Below, in pieces: positions 62,411 through 64,000 of a DNA stretch of 64,000 nucleotides. The position numbers and the translations under genes were made by a program. The notes under the pieces were generated by a model, which was given only the letters and a program-made list of their open reading frames with translations, made no database searches and had not been told where the DNA came from. Each line of letters opens with the position of its first letter. Within the stretch, counting starts at the first letter, position 1. This DNA is from Nitrospinales bacterium (lineage in GTDB: Bacteria > Nitrospinota > Nitrospinia > Nitrospinales > VA-1). The stretch covers positions 32,001 through 96,000 of the forward strand of contig OZ253496.1 of assembly GCA_965262115.1 (NCBI GenBank), written 5' to 3'.

Positions 62411-64000
62411 ATATATACCAACACAGTTACATTGCACTATCGTGGCATGGGGGCAATAATAAAAATCCCCACTACAGAGATCGTTCATGCATCAGACACA
62501 TACTAGTACAGTTGAAGTCATTTACTACAACTTTTGGATTTTGGAATGCAACTAATTCGCTTGGCACAAAGTAGATGCATGACCTATAATAACGATAGCA
62601 TGGTTGTATATAGTGCTACTGAAAATTCGCACACCTTTAATAATTACATTGCTTCAGGAGCTGACACCCAACAAGAACAACAGCAGCAACAACGAAATAG
62701 AGGTCCTATCTCCCTCATATCTCACTGCAAACTGTTACTTTTAAATGTCTGCCGGAACAAGATACACAAAATCTATAGCTAGGTATTCAATGATGGTGTA
62801 CATAAATGATGGATAATAAAAAAAAATATTAAGAAACGCCAATCACATTTTGTGTCTGACAAGACTATGAAATTGTGTTAAATATAGAGAATAAACACTA
62901 ATTTACAGGTGAAAAAAATTACGTGTATATCTCATTCACATGGACAATCACTATTATCTGCTGTGCTTCTGCAGCTGGAAAATCCATCTATCTTTGATAA
63001 TCTACTGCTGTCCATGCATGCATTGCGGCTAGACGAAGTCTTCAAATCCTCCAGATAACTTCTCTAAAGTAGTGTGAACAATTTCTTCAAAGAAGTATGT
63101 ATACATAAGTTTATCAAGACCTCATTGTAATGAGTATTTTATTCCCAGCATCATATCCAGATTCTTCATTTCAGGTAATTAATCAGATTGTGTCATTGTT
63201 ATTAACAACAGTGTTGGTTCAACTTGACATGACAGTCATTATTCAAACACACTTAGAAAGTTCTTGAAAGTCATCACTTCTGATTTTAGTGTTACTGATG
63301 AACGAATTTATTATATGGCTACATACATGATAATATGAGTTTATTAACAGTAGGATTGTGTAATACAAGAGTTGTAGGTCCACTACACCAAGCTTTAATG
63401 TTGCTTTTCTGGCTTGGGTTTTCTGGTTCTGCAACAAGTGATTCCTGTAAGAAAATCAGTTTTCCACTATCTTCTTCATTTCAATCGTCTCCCAACCACT
63501 ATCATGGTAATTTTTACTCTCGTATTTCCCCCATCTATCTCAATGTCCTCACTTAACTCAATCATAAACTCATCCATATGGTGCTGATATTTTTCATCTA
63601 TTAAGGAGAGCCATTTAGATCTTTATAGTGTAGACTAGCATAACAGATAATCTTAATGTACCTGCTGTGGACTATACACACCTTAATCTCAAGTAATCTC
63701 CTCTGTTTTTCTTCTCCTCTGTATTTTTCCTGCTAACACTATTATGACCCACTGGATTAGGCCTAGGATGCTACTTTTACAAAGAAAAGAAGACAAGTAC
63801 TTTGATTTGCTCTGTAAAGGTGAAAAAGGAAAGATGATAGCTAAAGAGAAAAGAGGAAGGATGAACGAGTGTTGAAGAAGAAAGGTGGAAAGAGTGGAAG
63901 TCAAGAGGGAAAATCAAAAACTGTCACGGTTGCTAATGTTGCTACGATAATTGTAGGCTACTATTTCTGTGGTCATTGTTGTTTTTGCACAGAGGAAGTA

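Overview
Eukaryotic, AT-rich, CpG-depleted, repeat-dense animal DNA. A demosponge is the likely source, inferred from composition and TE styles and not proven. There is no prokaryotic operon, rRNA or CRISPR array. Two probable host genes are partly visible, both on the minus strand. (i) A secreted Cys-containing protein: exon 1 at 8428-8722 has a signal peptide, an RQKR furin site and Ser-Gly motifs, exon 2 is at 1098-1277, and the 7.15-kb intron between them is filled with tandem repeats. (ii) The last two exons (60564-60805, 60032-60188) of an unknown protein ending in a coiled coil. Between them lies a graveyard of decayed mobile elements: three hAT transposases, pogo, piggyBac, Harbinger, an intron-containing Ginger/GIN-type integrase, a Polinton/adintovirus-type protein-primed DNA polymerase B, several non-LTR retrotransposon fragments (one RT with a Tudor-like insert), MITEs, and a multi-copy ~1.1-kb Helentron-like element. 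Disrupted Ig-like and TNFR-like Cys-rich exons are also present. All protein-family calls come from manual translation and remembered motif consensus, not database searches. TE boundaries are approximate.
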